From a virus (taxonomy: Duplodnaviria; Caudoviricetes): a stretch of 50,202 nucleotides of DNA. This document shows, one piece after another, positions 15,745 through 24,736 of the stretch. The position numbers and the translations under genes are program-made. The stretch's first letter is position 1. Every line of letters begins with the position of its first letter. The DNA is taken from positions 1 to 50,202 of the IMG/VR virus record IMGVR_UViG_3300049846_002441. One strand, written 5' to 3'. The notes below the pieces were generated by a model, which did no database searches, was not told the DNA's origin, and saw only the letters and a list, made by a program, of their open reading frames with translations.

Positions 15745-16215
15745 ATGTCAAAGGTCGGATATTCAATCAACACCGAGGGTGCGGTTGCGCTTTCTGCCGG
15801 CGTTGCAAAGTCGATACTTGGAGCGCAGGCGCAGGCGGCCGCCGGACTGCAACTCGACAACTTCGAGATCGCTTTCGATGGCGTTTCAGCCTCCGGCGTG
15901 CCGGTTTTGGTCGAATTGTGCTACGCGACTTTCGCGACGAACGCACCAGGCACCAACTCAACTCTGGTTACGGTTGACCAGCTGTTCGGCCGGGCCCTTG
16001 CTGCAGGCCTGACGGCCGGGCGAAACTGGACCACGGAGCCGACAGTTCTCACGCCGGTTCGTGAGTGGCTTTTGACCCCCAACGCTGGCCTGGTCATGTT
16101 CCAATACCCGCTCGGCCAAGAACCGGATTCCGCGTTTTCGCAGGGCTACGTGTTCCGCCTAAACGCGCCGGCTAACGTCAACGTCCGGGCCAGCATGGGA
16201 ATCTCGCGCATCTAA
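15745..16215 (+). CDS. Probable virion accessory protein (beta-sandwich-like)
   Basis: GGAGAGG SD; Ala/Gly/Thr-rich; first gene of a three-gene unit. Confidence 0.7.
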   Translation: MSKVGYSINTEGAVALSAGVAKSILGAQAQAAAGLQLDNFEIAFDGVSASGVPVLVELCYATFATNAPGTNSTLVTVDQLFGRALAAGLTAGRNWTTEPTVLTPVREWLLTPNAGLVMFQYPLGQEPDSAFSQGYVFRLNAPANVNVRASMGISRI

Positions 16216-16227
16216 TCGGAGGCGCGC

Positions 16228-17400
16228 ATGTCGCTGCAGATCATCAAATCGGCCGCGCGGCCGGGCTTGCTCGAGGGCAACGTCCCAGGCCGCTCGGTCA
16301 GCGCCTCGAAGTTGGAGCGCTGGCTCGGCCGCGACGAGCTCGAGCGCGTCAGTGCCGCGATGAAAGACTGGTACGGCCCACCAATCGCGCTCGACGGCGT
16401 TCCGGGCAAGGTGTTCGCTCACCGCGGCGGCGACTTCCGTGGGGATCTGCGCGCCGGTGCGTTTGCGTCGAAATGGGACGCGGCTGAGGCCGCACTTCAG
16501 CGCTTCAACAAGGCGATGAAGCGCGCAGCGAAGCGCTCGCGCTTGCAGATGAACAACTTCGCGTCGATCTCCGACCTTTACGCGGAAATGTCGTCCGGTA
16601 AGCGCTTCGATTTCAATTTCCAGAAAGTCGGCACCACTGGCGTGGTCAACGCGACCAACACGCTTTGGTTCGTCGGCAATCAGCCGGCCGCCGGCGCCGC
16701 TGCCGGTGCGGCGCCGGGCGGAACGGTCCCGACTGACGCGACAACAGGCGCCTTCCCGTACACCAACCCGTCCGGTGGGGACACCCTGCACTTTTTCGGC
16801 GCCAACCCGAACGCAAGCGTCATCCCAAACACGTTGCTGCTCTACGATCGCCTCTTCAGTGTCACAAAGACGATGAACTCGACCGCCACGGAGGCCGTCA
16901 CGGGTGTTCCGACGCGATACCAGTCCGGCACCGACACCAACATGGACTACATCGGCGGGAACTTCCTCATCATCGAGTGTCGCACAGCCCTGCCTGCCAC
17001 CGCTCACAACTGGACAGTCTGCACCTACACCGACCAGGCCAGCGCCGCATCGACGCTGCCGTCTGTGACCGGCAACGCGTCCAACATCGTCAACCGCTTG
17101 GATCAGCCGGCCGGCACGTGGTTCAGCCCGCTTGAAACCGGCGACGTTGGCATCAAGGCGCTGACGCAGATGCAGTGCTCGGCACTCGTAGCATCAGGCG
17201 CCATCGACTTCACGATTGGCCACCCGATTGCGTGGATGCCGTGTCCGATCGCAAACATTGCGTGCAAGGCCGGCGGCGTCACCACAGCGCTCGATCTCCG
17301 CCGGATCTTCGACGACGCGTGCCTGGCGTTCCTCGAAATACTCAAAGGCGCAACCGGCGCGACCACCTACACCGGCGATATGACGCTCGTTTGGGGTTAA
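16228..17400 (+). CDS. Probable virion accessory protein
   Basis: GGAGG SD; TGAFPYTNP, TLLLYDRL, CTYTDQ, PLETGDVG motifs; Thr/Ala/Gly-rich. Confidence 0.7.
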   Translation: MSLQIIKSAARPGLLEGNVPGRSVSASKLERWLGRDELERVSAAMKDWYGPPIALDGVPGKVFAHRGGDFRGDLRAGAFASKWDAAEAALQRFNKAMKRAAKRSRLQMNNFASISDLYAEMSSGKRFDFNFQKVGTTGVVNATNTLWFVGNQPAAGAAAGAAPGGTVPTDATTGAFPYTNPSGGDTLHFFGANPNASVIPNTLLLYDRLFSVTKTMNSTATEAVTGVPTRYQSGTDTNMDYIGGNFLIIECRTALPATAHNWTVCTYTDQASAASTLPSVTGNASNIVNRLDQPAGTWFSPLETGDVGIKALTQMQCSALVASGAIDFTIGHPIAWMPCPIANIACKAGGVTTALDLRRIFDDACLAFLEILKGATGATTYTGDMTLVWG

Positions 17401-17418
17401 CCTAGGGAGGCCGCACCA

Positions 17419-18402
17419 ATGGACGTGCGCGGCGGCTTCTTCCTCTTCTCACAAGGGGGCTTTCGGCTTGCCAAGCCAGAGGCGTGGCTGCGCACGATCG
17501 AGAACCCGGCCGACGGCAGCGAGTTGCCTCTTGAGACGCCGGGCGCCGCACCTCCGCCGCCCGTTCTCAAGCTGCAAGCCGTCCAGTCCGCCAGCTTCCG
17601 CGACCGTGTGCCGTTGGTCGTCTACGTGCATGGCGGCGAGGGCGGTGTGGCGGCCGACCCTGTGCGGACACTGCCGTATGTGATCTTGCCGCCGATTGCG
17701 GCCCCCGCCCTGACGCGCTTTCAGCCAATCGTCAAGCAGTCTTTCGTTGAGACTGACGCGTCACCGCGACCGCTTATCGTCGGGGCTCGCACCCCTGTCG
17801 AGTTGACGGTCCGTATTGCGCCGATAATCCGGCGCAACACCCCAGATGAGCGCGCCTCACCGCCGCCTGTGGTGGTCGCCGCGCGATCGCAGGCGCCGTC
17901 CACCTCGCCCGCGATCGTGGTTCGCGGCACGGAAGACCCGGCGACCGCCACACCGCGCCCCGTGGTCGTCGGTGGGGGCCTGGCGGCACTTCAGGTTCGC
18001 CTAGCCCTGGCGCCGCCGCTTGTCGCGCGCGGTGGGCCCGAGGAAGCCACAGCCGCCACAAGGCCTGTTTTGGCCGGCCAAGGCCTCACCGCCGCCGCAG
18101 TCGCTGCACTTGCCCCGTTTAGGCCGGTCGTTGTCCGTGGCGCCGTCGAGCTCGAGATCGTCGTGGAGCCCGAGGCTCCACGCTTCGTCATAGGCGGGCG
18201 GGAGTTGCCCGGGGCGCGCAAGAAGCGCCGCCGCAAGCCGGATCCACCAGACGATGCCGCAGAGCGCTCAGCTGCCGTTCTGAGCGACGTGAAGCGCATC
18301 ACGCGCGAGGCTGAGGATCATCACCGAAGCGAGAACCTGACCGAGGCGCAGAAGACGCTGGCCGAACTGCGCAAGAACCTGCGCGATCTCAGTGACATTT
18401 GA
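17419..18402 (+). CDS. Pro/Val/Ala-rich repetitive protein, possibly filament-like
   Basis: GGAGG SD; recurring P-x-V-V-x-G units; basic patch and helix at the C-terminus. Confidence 0.65.
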   Translation: MDVRGGFFLFSQGGFRLAKPEAWLRTIENPADGSELPLETPGAAPPPPVLKLQAVQSASFRDRVPLVVYVHGGEGGVAADPVRTLPYVILPPIAAPALTRFQPIVKQSFVETDASPRPLIVGARTPVELTVRIAPIIRRNTPDERASPPPVVVAARSQAPSTSPAIVVRGTEDPATATPRPVVVGGGLAALQVRLALAPPLVARGGPEEATAATRPVLAGQGLTAAAVAALAPFRPVVVRGAVELEIVVEPEAPRFVIGGRELPGARKKRRRKPDPPDDAAERSAAVLSDVKRITREAEDHHRSENLTEAQKTLAELRKNLRDLSDI

Positions 18403-18408
18403 ACGTGC

Positions 18409-18696
18409 TTGACAAAACCAAATCGTGTTGACAAATTCAACTCAGTCGGCCGGACGACTGGCCCGCGACCGATAGTTTGACCAGGTTGATCCAGTCTCAT
18501 AATCTGGCGAGCGAAAGCACCCCGCCGCATACGTGGTCTGCAGCCGCGCGGCGGGGTTTCGCTTTTCCGGGTTGACTTCACGAGCACCATCTGCGATGTT
18601 GCGAGCCTTCCCATAGGGAAGCCCCCCGCGCGGGAACTGCACGAGGAACCCGCGCTTAACTCGGCCCGGCCCACCCAAGCCGGGCCCTTTCATTTT
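18409..18696 (+). ncRNA. Two tandem putative small RNAs
   Basis: TTGACA 18409 and TTGACT 18572, each followed by hairpins and a terminator-like stem (18510-18566; 18663-18696). Confidence 0.45.
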
Positions 18697-18932
18697 CGGC
18701 GACACCCCTGCCCGCGAACTATCTGCTCGTCGCCATTTGGGGCGGACCGCCAAACCACAACCCAATCAACAGAGCGCGGCGCTCGCACGGACAGCCGCCC
18801 ACGCTTCGTGACAAAGGCCCTTAAGATCTCCGGTTTGGCGCTGGTGGTTGTCGCTTTGGCGGTGAGCGCGAGGGGCACCGTATAAACCGTGACGCCTGCA
18901 GGCAGGACGGCAATCTCAAAAAGCAACTTCAT
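18690..18932 (-). CDS. Hypothetical protein
   Basis: GGAGGT upstream; last ORF of the leftward block. Confidence 0.55.
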   Translation of the reverse strand: MKLLFEIAVLPAGVTVYTVPLALTAKATTTSAKPEILRAFVTKRGRLSVRAPRSVDWVVVWRSAPNGDEQIVRGQGCRRK

Positions 18933-18935
18933 CTG

Positions 18936-19562
18936 CTACACCTCCAATACGACTTGCTCAGGCACCGGCACAAACTCCGGCCGCTCCAGTGCGCCGCCGA
19001 TCGACAGGAAGGGTGAGCGTTGAAACGGCACAGGCACCTCGCACGCCTCGACGACGCCCGGGATCTCGCACAGCCAAAGCCGCTTGGTGGATCCGTCGAG
19101 CATGAGAACGTCAGTTGCCGGGATCTTGCGGCGCGCGCACTCGCGCCTGATCCGCGCTCCGCGCTCCGCGCGCACCACCGCATCAATATCGGGGACGTCT
19201 TCACCCCGCCCCGCCCGGAAATATGTGCCTGTCACCACCGACTCACCATCGGCGAAGCGCACCAACACCGCGCGCGGCTCAAGGAACGTGTGCCGCTTCG
19301 GCCGCACCACAATGCCCGCCGCGTTCTTGCGGCCGAACCACTTCGGCACAAGCCGATATGTGGCGCATGCCTCACCATAGGACAGCCGGGTGTTGAGGCG
19401 CGGCACGGGCGCTTTGGGCGAGGCTTGCTTCTGCATCTGACGCTCAAGAGCACCGTGCGACGACGCCAGCCGTTCCGCCAACTGGCGCCAATGCTCCGGC
19501 GTGTCGATCTCCACTGCCTCTTGCAAGGCGCGCTGCGCCGCCGTCATGATTTGGGTATTCAT
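18936..19562 (-). CDS. Hypothetical protein
   Basis: ATGA overlap with the upstream methyltransferase stop. Confidence 0.65.
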   Translation of the reverse strand: MNTQIMTAAQRALQEAVEIDTPEHWRQLAERLASSHGALERQMQKQASPKAPVPRLNTRLSYGEACATYRLVPKWFGRKNAAGIVVRPKRHTFLEPRAVLVRFADGESVVTGTYFRAGRGEDVPDIDAVVRAERGARIRRECARRKIPATDVLMLDGSTKRLWLCEIPGVVEACEVPVPFQRSPFLSIGGALERPEFVPVPEQVVLEV

Positions 19563-21304
19563 GCCGACACCGTGAGCAGAACAGTACGAACGTCCGTTCC
19601 GGCGAACGTGCCCGCCGGCAACTCCTCCCAACTGTCGGCGATGGGCTGAAGTTCGCGCTGTTGCCGGGGCCCGTTCGCGCAGATCGCCACAAGGCGCCCT
19701 CCCGGCTTCAAGAACTGCCGCGCGTGCAAAACATGGCGAATGTCCGAACCGTTCTCAAACGGCGGGTTCATCAGCACCGCATCGAACTTTCCCAAGTCAC
19801 CGTTGCATTGCAAAAAGTCCGCGCGGTGAATGTCGAAGTTGTCCGAATTTGCGTACATCTGCAGATTGCGCAGCGCCTCCAGCCTTTGAACAAGCTGGTC
19901 GTTGATTTCTACCGCCACCACACGCACGCAATCTGCGCCTGTGGCGTCATCCCAAATCGCCTTAACGAGCTCGCCGGTGCCAGCGCTCGGCTCTAGGATC
20001 CGCAACCCACTCGCCCGCTTGCCCGGCAGGCGCGCCACCATCTGCCGCGCCACGTCGCGCGGCGTCGGGAACAACTGGTTCGCCGTCACCACCTGCACGC
20101 CGCCAGCCTTGAGCGTTTGCTTGATGGCGTCGAAGTCTGTCGGCGCCGAGGGCGCGCGCGGAGCTTCGGCCGGCGGCGTGCCGATCTCGGCAAGATAGAA
20201 GCCGCAGCCGCAGCCGGATTCGGTCAGGCGCCCATCTGCGCGCGCTTGCTCAACCTCTGCCCTCGTCATGACGCCTTTTACCTTGTCGAGTGGAACGATA
20301 GAGGGAAATGTGCGCCCACGGTCGCCGCTGTATGACATGCGCACCGACACCGACACGCGGTTGACCTTGCAGACATACGCCCAACCCCCGCGCGTGTGCC
20401 CCGGCGCCTGCCAGCAACGCACAGCGCCGCCGACTTCCGGGCCCTTCTTGTCAGTCTCCAGGCCGCCCGCTTCACCCAGCATGGTGCGTTCATACAGAAG
20501 GCGGTTATTGGTGTGGTCGAGCCATCGTTGCCAGTGCTCGATCACCGCCGGGAGCGCCACCCGCCGCTGACGCGCAACTTCGGCGACGTCCATATTCCCG
20601 CGATCCGGCTGAAGCGCGCTCCATGCAGAGAACCGCTTACCATCCGGCGCCGTGATCGTGTCGCCGCACGACTCCGCAACGTTCGCGTAAGCGGTCGCAA
20701 TCTCGCGCGTGAGGCTGTTACGCGACCAAAACGCAAGCCGCTTTTCAGCCTCGGTCTTTTGCTTCGCGAACTTCCGCGCGTCAGATTCAAGCCCCTTGAT
20801 GCGCCGCGCGCGCACCGCCGGCAGTTCCTTGTATTTGGCGTGAGCGACCGCACCGGCGGCGCGCGCGACCCAATATTTCGAGGTTTCCCAAAGCCTAACC
20901 GTCTTGTTCATGCCCGATTTGATGCGCTCCGCATCGCGGCGCGCCCGCCGCTCCGAGTGGTGGCCCACGAGAATCGGCTGACCAAACGGGATCCCGTCAG
21001 CAATCGCCGCGACCGCGTCGCGCGCCCGCGCTGCATCTGCGAGCCGCTTTTCGCCGTAGTCGTCGAAGCGTGCCGCTCGATCTTCGGCGCGCTCGGTTAG
21101 CGTTGTGTCTTCGTCGCCGATTTCACCGCAGAGCTCGAGCAGTAAGTCCGCACGGCCCGGCGTCCACATCGGCGCCACAAAAAGTTCTTGCCTGGGCGCC
21201 CACTTGAACCCGGCCGCCTTCACGCGCGCATAGGTTCCCGCGTCAAGCCGCGTGCTCGAATAGAGCCGCAATTTGTTGTCCTCTGGTGAGTATGTCGCCT
21301 GCAT
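19559..21304 (-). CDS. DUF3560 domain fused to an N6-adenine-type methyltransferase
   Basis: ATYSPEDNKLRLY, IPFGQPILVGHHSE (DUF3560); LFPTP, ILEPSAGTG, MNPPF. Confidence 0.92.
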   Translation of the reverse strand: MQATYSPEDNKLRLYSSTRLDAGTYARVKAAGFKWAPRQELFVAPMWTPGRADLLLELCGEIGDEDTTLTERAEDRAARFDDYGEKRLADAARARDAVAAIADGIPFGQPILVGHHSERRARRDAERIKSGMNKTVRLWETSKYWVARAAGAVAHAKYKELPAVRARRIKGLESDARKFAKQKTEAEKRLAFWSRNSLTREIATAYANVAESCGDTITAPDGKRFSAWSALQPDRGNMDVAEVARQRRVALPAVIEHWQRWLDHTNNRLLYERTMLGEAGGLETDKKGPEVGGAVRCWQAPGHTRGGWAYVCKVNRVSVSVRMSYSGDRGRTFPSIVPLDKVKGVMTRAEVEQARADGRLTESGCGCGFYLAEIGTPPAEAPRAPSAPTDFDAIKQTLKAGGVQVVTANQLFPTPRDVARQMVARLPGKRASGLRILEPSAGTGELVKAIWDDATGADCVRVVAVEINDQLVQRLEALRNLQMYANSDNFDIHRADFLQCNGDLGKFDAVLMNPPFENGSDIRHVLHARQFLKPGGRLVAICANGPRQQRELQPIADSWEELPAGTFAGTDVRTVLLTVSA

Positions 21305-21352
21305 TCAAAACCTCCCGTTGCAAGTTTGAAACTGTACCGCCGCACGCGTTAC

Positions 21353-21727
21353 CTATTCGTTAACGAGTGCGCACGTGATAACGAATTCGCCCGCGTCCCC
21401 GGGCGATGCGATCACCTCCAAGTGGTGAAGCGTCGTTCCGAACGGCCCGCGCTCGACCGTGTGCCACATCCTCACCGTGAAGGCGCTTTCCGGCGCGCGC
21501 TCCATTGCCGCGCGGATCGCCACGACCAGCAAGCGCCGCCGCGCCAAAGGCCACAGGCCGCAACGCATCTCCTCAGGTGTGGCCATGACGCAGGCCGCCC
21601 ACGCCGCCCGCGTCAACGCTACTTTGCACTTGATGCCGAACAGGCGCGCATCGGTGGTGACGTCCACTAATGTGCCGTCCGTCACCGCCTGCGCCCACGT
21701 GGGCGCCTCCTCATCCACAAGCGCCAT
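21353..21727 (-). CDS. DUF6573-like protein
   Basis: TWAQAVTDGTLVDVT..A...GI...VALTRAAW..CV; PGDAGE.VIT. Confidence 0.7.
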   Translation of the reverse strand: MALVDEEAPTWAQAVTDGTLVDVTTDARLFGIKCKVALTRAAWAACVMATPEEMRCGLWPLARRRLLVVAIRAAMERAPESAFTVRMWHTVERGPFGTTLHHLEVIASPGDAGEFVITCALVNE

Positions 21728-21821
21728 GACTTACCGCCTTCCCGATCAGCTGCGCCACGGCAATGCCGGCCAACACGAGCAGCGCCAAGACCAGCGCCGC
21801 GTCACCTAAGCGCCGCCGCAT
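21711..21821 (-). CDS. 36-aa membrane peptide
   Basis: MRRRLGDAALVLALLVLAGIAVAQLIG...; fills the gap between neighbours. Confidence 0.45.
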   Translation of the reverse strand: MRRRLGDAALVLALLVLAGIAVAQLIGKAVSHGACG

Positions 21822-22042
21822 TGCGCCTCGGCTTCATGATCCGCCGGGAGGGGTTCGCACGAATAGGGCGCAACATCGGCGCCACAGGCCGGGCAGTCGT
21901 CATGCTCACCACTCTCGCGCATGATTTCGACATAGCGGTGACCGCACGCGCACGCGAAGCGCGACTCCCAATCGCACGAACGATCCCCATCACGCGCCGC
22001 CCGCGCGCGAAACTGAGCCCTCAGCGCTGCCATAGTTTCCAT
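21806..22042 (-). CDS. Small zinc-ribbon-like protein
   Basis: GGAGG SD; CACGH...DDCPACG. Confidence 0.7.
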   Translation of the reverse strand: METMAALRAQFRARAARDGDRSCDWESRFACACGHRYVEIMRESGEHDDCPACGADVAPYSCEPLPADHEAEAQCGGA

Positions 22043-22108
22043 TCTCTACCTCCAGCAAAAACAAAGGCCGCACACAATGCGCGGCCCCTGGAATTTACAC
22101 CGAAAAGG

Positions 22109-22123
22109 TTAAGAGAGCGTTAA
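22109..22123 (-). promoter_or_regulatory. CtrA-type box, perfect match
   Basis: Minus strand TTAA-CGCTCTC-TTAAC. Confidence 0.7.
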
Positions 22124-22311
22124 GCCGCCTTCGACGCAACCAGCGCGCGGTGCGCGTCTTCCAGCACGCGAATCCGCTTGTTGATGTCTCTAACCGCGCG
22201 CCTGTTCCCGGCGCGTATCAACTTCAGTGTTATCAGATCGACCAGCGCTTGACGCACCACTAAGGCGACCTCGCCCAATTCCTCGGGCGTGAATGTGACG
22301 GTGCGCTTCAT
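22120..22311 (-). CDS. Hypothetical protein
   Basis: ATGA overlap; GAGGT upstream. Confidence 0.6.
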   Translation of the reverse strand: MKRTVTFTPEELGEVALVVRQALVDLITLKLIRAGNRRAVRDINKRIRVLEDAHRALVASKAA

Positions 22312-22709
22312 CCGTATTTGACCTCGCGCATGGCGATGCACTGCAAGAAGACGTCCGCTGTTATGGCGTCTTCATCCTCTGCCAGCCACGCGGCGAAGTG
22401 GTGCCCGTGCTTCTCCGCCATGTAAGTAATCCCTTTGCCCATGACTTTCGGCGTTACGAGGTGGCGCTTGATGTTATCTCCCTCCACCTCTTTCGATTCG
22501 TCGAGAATTTCCAACACCTCGAATTGCCAGTCTGGGGCGTTGTAGAAGAGGGCGTTGGCGTACCAGTAAGGAAGCGCCTCCGCCACCTTGAGCGAATGAG
22601 AAACCGGAAGCACCCCCGCGCACCACGCGCGCGTCATGTGGTTCTGTTCAACCGCTGCGCACATGATGTCGGCGATCCGTTTCGGGGTGATTTCAAGGGT
22701 GATTTTCAA
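22308..22709 (-). CDS. Conserved phage hypothetical protein
   Basis: GGAGG before TTG; C-terminal DAITADVFLQ...EVKYG motif. Confidence 0.7.
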   Translation of the reverse strand: MKITLEITPKRIADIMCAAVEQNHMTRAWCAGVLPVSHSLKVAEALPYWYANALFYNAPDWQFEVLEILDESKEVEGDNIKRHLVTPKVMGKGITYMAEKHGHHFAAWLAEDEDAITADVFLQCIAMREVKYG

Positions 22710-22711
22710 GC

Positions 22712-22948
22712 TCAGCCCTCCGCCCGAATCGACCGGCTGACCGGCCGGAACATGCGCGCGATCCGCCCGCACTCGCGTTGCTCGTTTAGATCGTCGGCCG
22801 CCCAAGCGGCCGCAAGATCCCGCGCGAATTGGTGCGCCTTCACCTCCGACATTTTCAGGCCCTGCAGTTCGCCCTCGTAGTAGACGGCAAACCCGCCATC
22901 TTCCGCGCGGATCAACATCCGTTCGCGATAGTAGAAAAACGACGCCAT
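22712..22948 (-). CDS. Hypothetical protein
   Basis: TGCAACGAGGAGG leader before ATG. Confidence 0.65.
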   Translation of the reverse strand: MASFFYYRERMLIRAEDGGFAVYYEGELQGLKMSEVKAHQFARDLAAAWAADDLNEQRECGRIARMFRPVSRSIRAEG

Positions 22949-23025
22949 AACGCGCCCTCCTCGTTGCAATGCGGCTCGATTGCCGCCCTCCGGGCCGATC
23001 CGAAGACCGGCCCCAAAGGCGAAAT

Positions 23026-23199
23026 TCAGTCCCGAATTCGCATCAAAAGGCGCGCTACTTCCAGCCGGTCAGCCTTCACGCCTTCCACTTCGTCGCCGGG
23101 CTCAACGTCGCTAAGCCACGAGTCGAGAGCGTCCCGGTAGCATTCCAGGGCATCCGTTAGGACACGCTGCTCATTCTTTGTGAACTGGCGCACCTTCAT
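23026..23199 (-). CDS. Small hypothetical protein
   Basis: ATGA overlap; MKVRQFTKNEQRVL... Confidence 0.55.
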   Translation of the reverse strand: MKVRQFTKNEQRVLTDALECYRDALDSWLSDVEPGDEVEGVKADRLEVARLLMRIRD

Positions 23200-23360
23200 G
23201 CAAGCACCAATAAGAACAGCGCCGCCCACAGGACGGCCGTCACCGCCAAAACACCCACAACCACGCCCAAGGGCAGATATCGCAGCGCCTCGCTCGTCGG
23301 CACCTCGCGCCGCGCGCGCGCCGCTTGGAACGTGGGGCAATCATCGAGCTCGAAGCGCAT
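23196..23360 (-). CDS. Small protein with C-terminal transmembrane helix
   Basis: TGATG overlap; LPLGVVVGVLAVTAVLWAALFLLVLA. Confidence 0.55.
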   Translation of the reverse strand: MRFELDDCPTFQAARARREVPTSEALRYLPLGVVVGVLAVTAVLWAALFLLVLA

Positions 23361-23560
23361 CAGGCTCCCCGAATCTCGTAAAGTGCGCGCGTTATTTCTT
23401 CCAATTGCCGGACTTGGAGCGCGGCCGCGTGCGCGCTCGCCAAGGTCGCCCACACTTGCGCCTCAGCAAGCCGGCCCGCCGAAATTGCCGACAAACAAAG
23501 GCCCGCCGTCTCCTCGTATCGGCCGGCGATCTCGCTCGAATGTGCGAATTCGAATTTCAT
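23360..23560 (-). CDS. Hypothetical protein
   Basis: Overlap-coupled to both neighbours. Confidence 0.6.
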   Translation of the reverse strand: MKFEFAHSSEIAGRYEETAGLCLSAISAGRLAEAQVWATLASAHAAALQVRQLEEITRALYEIRGA

Positions 23561-23769
23561 TGGCGCGCACCCCTGATAATGCGCACCGTGAACGCTTCGC
23601 CGTTGTCGAGCGTTACAATCAAGTTGTTGGGGTCACTCGCGTCAACGCACTCGACCGTAGCGCGGAAGCCCGTTTCTATCAGGTCTCCGCTCGCATCTTC
23701 GGTGAATTCGAAGCATTCGCGACCCTCTATAAAGTCGCGAATCAGAATTCCAATATCCCGCGTGTTCAT
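23557..23769 (-). CDS. Hypothetical protein
   Basis: TGCAACGGAGAG leader before ATG. Confidence 0.65.
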   Translation of the reverse strand: MNTRDIGILIRDFIEGRECFEFTEDASGDLIETGFRATVECVDASDPNNLIVTLDNGEAFTVRIIRGARQ

Positions 23770-23829
23770 GTTCTCTCCGTTGCAGCAAAGCGCACACACG
23801 CGCCCGCACACCATCGCACCACAAAAACC

Positions 23830-23844
23830 TTAAGAAACCGTAAA
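23830..23844 (-). promoter_or_regulatory. CtrA-type box, one mismatch
   Basis: Minus strand TTTA-CGGTTTC-TTAA, directly after a terminator. Confidence 0.6.
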
Positions 23845-23847
23845 CGC

Positions 23848-23874
23848 AAAAAGGGCCCGCGTGTCCGCGAGCCC
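23848..23874 (-). terminator. Intrinsic terminator after the RadC-like gene
   Basis: GGGCTCGCG-GACA-CGCGGGCCC-TTTTT on the minus strand. Confidence 0.75.
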
Positions 23875-23898
23875 CTCACAATCGCGGTTTGTGGGCGG

Positions 23899-24447
23899 TC
23901 ACATAAAGCCAAGCGACCGCAGCGACGCGCACCCATTCGCGCCAACGACGATATGATCGTGACACGCGATGTCAACCGCGCGCAGCGCTTCAACAATGTC
24001 TTTCGTCTCGCTGATATCCGCCCGGCTTGGCGATGGGTCGCCGGACGGGTGATTGTGCGCCAAGATCACGCCGGTCGCGTTTAGAACCACCGCGCGCCGC
24101 ACAATCTCGCGCCGGTGTATCCAGCAATTATCAGCCGTCCCCTCGGCCAAAACTTCGTCGGCAATCAGCCGGTTTTTCGTGTCACAATAGAGGACGCGGA
24201 CTTGTTCGCGCGGCAGATCCGCCATCCGCGCCATGAGATACCGCGTCACTTCCGCATAGGACGTCATCGACTCGCGCTTGCGCAGCCGCGCGGCCGTGAA
24301 TTCCTCCGCAAGCGCCAAAATCGCCGCCAACTTCGCCCGCGTGTCGGCTGTCAAACCCTCCGCCGCGTATGCTTGCGAAACATCGCTAAAACCCTCGATT
24401 TCCGCCGTGTCGCCTAACAAAACCCGCAAGTGTCGCAAATTCCGCAC
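23899..24447 (-). CDS. RadC-like JAB domain protein
   Basis: LPREQVRVL, HRREIVRRA, HNHPSGDPSPSRADI, DHIVVG; GGGAGG before GTG. Confidence 0.92.
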   Translation of the reverse strand: MRNLRHLRVLLGDTAEIEGFSDVSQAYAAEGLTADTRAKLAAILALAEEFTAARLRKRESMTSYAEVTRYLMARMADLPREQVRVLYCDTKNRLIADEVLAEGTADNCWIHRREIVRRAVVLNATGVILAHNHPSGDPSPSRADISETKDIVEALRAVDIACHDHIVVGANGCASLRSLGFM

Positions 24448-24489
24448 GTGTGATCCTCCCGTTGCGAAGGGCATTTGAGCGCGAAAGCG

Positions 24490-24504
24490 TTAACAACGCG
24501 TAAA
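24490..24504 (-). promoter_or_regulatory. CtrA-type box, one mismatch
   Basis: Minus strand TTTA-CGCGTTG-TTAAC, directly after a terminator. Confidence 0.62.
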
Positions 24505-24505
24505 C

Positions 24506-24530
24506 AAAAAGGCCCGGAATTACCCGGGCC
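24506..24530 (-). terminator. Intrinsic terminator
   Basis: GGCCCGG-N6-CCGGGCC-TTTTT on the minus strand. Confidence 0.75.
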
Positions 24531-24550
24531 CGATTGCTCGCGAAAGCGAT

Positions 24551-24736
24551 CTAGTCGCCGCGCAGAAACCGCACTCGCCACGCTCCACCCAAACCCGCCC
24601 GCGCGTGGTACGCGCGCGCCGCGCGCAGCGTTCGAAATGTGATGCAATCCGCAAACCCTGACACCGGGAACCCTTCGCGCCCCCAATATCTGCCCGAACC
24701 ATCATGCTCGATGTAGTAAACATGTCTCACGTACAA
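24551..24736 (-). CDS. Small hypothetical protein (start uncertain)
   Basis: GAGGAG upstream; followed by a terminator. Confidence 0.55.
   Translation of the reverse strand: MYVRHVYYIEHDGSGRYWGREGFPVSGFADCITFRTLRAARAYHARAGLGGAWRVRFLRGD

Noticed and set aside
14800-18700. tRNA or tmRNA in the structured intergenic regions
   Set aside because: No T-loop GTTCRA with cloverleaf spacing or CCA end seen.
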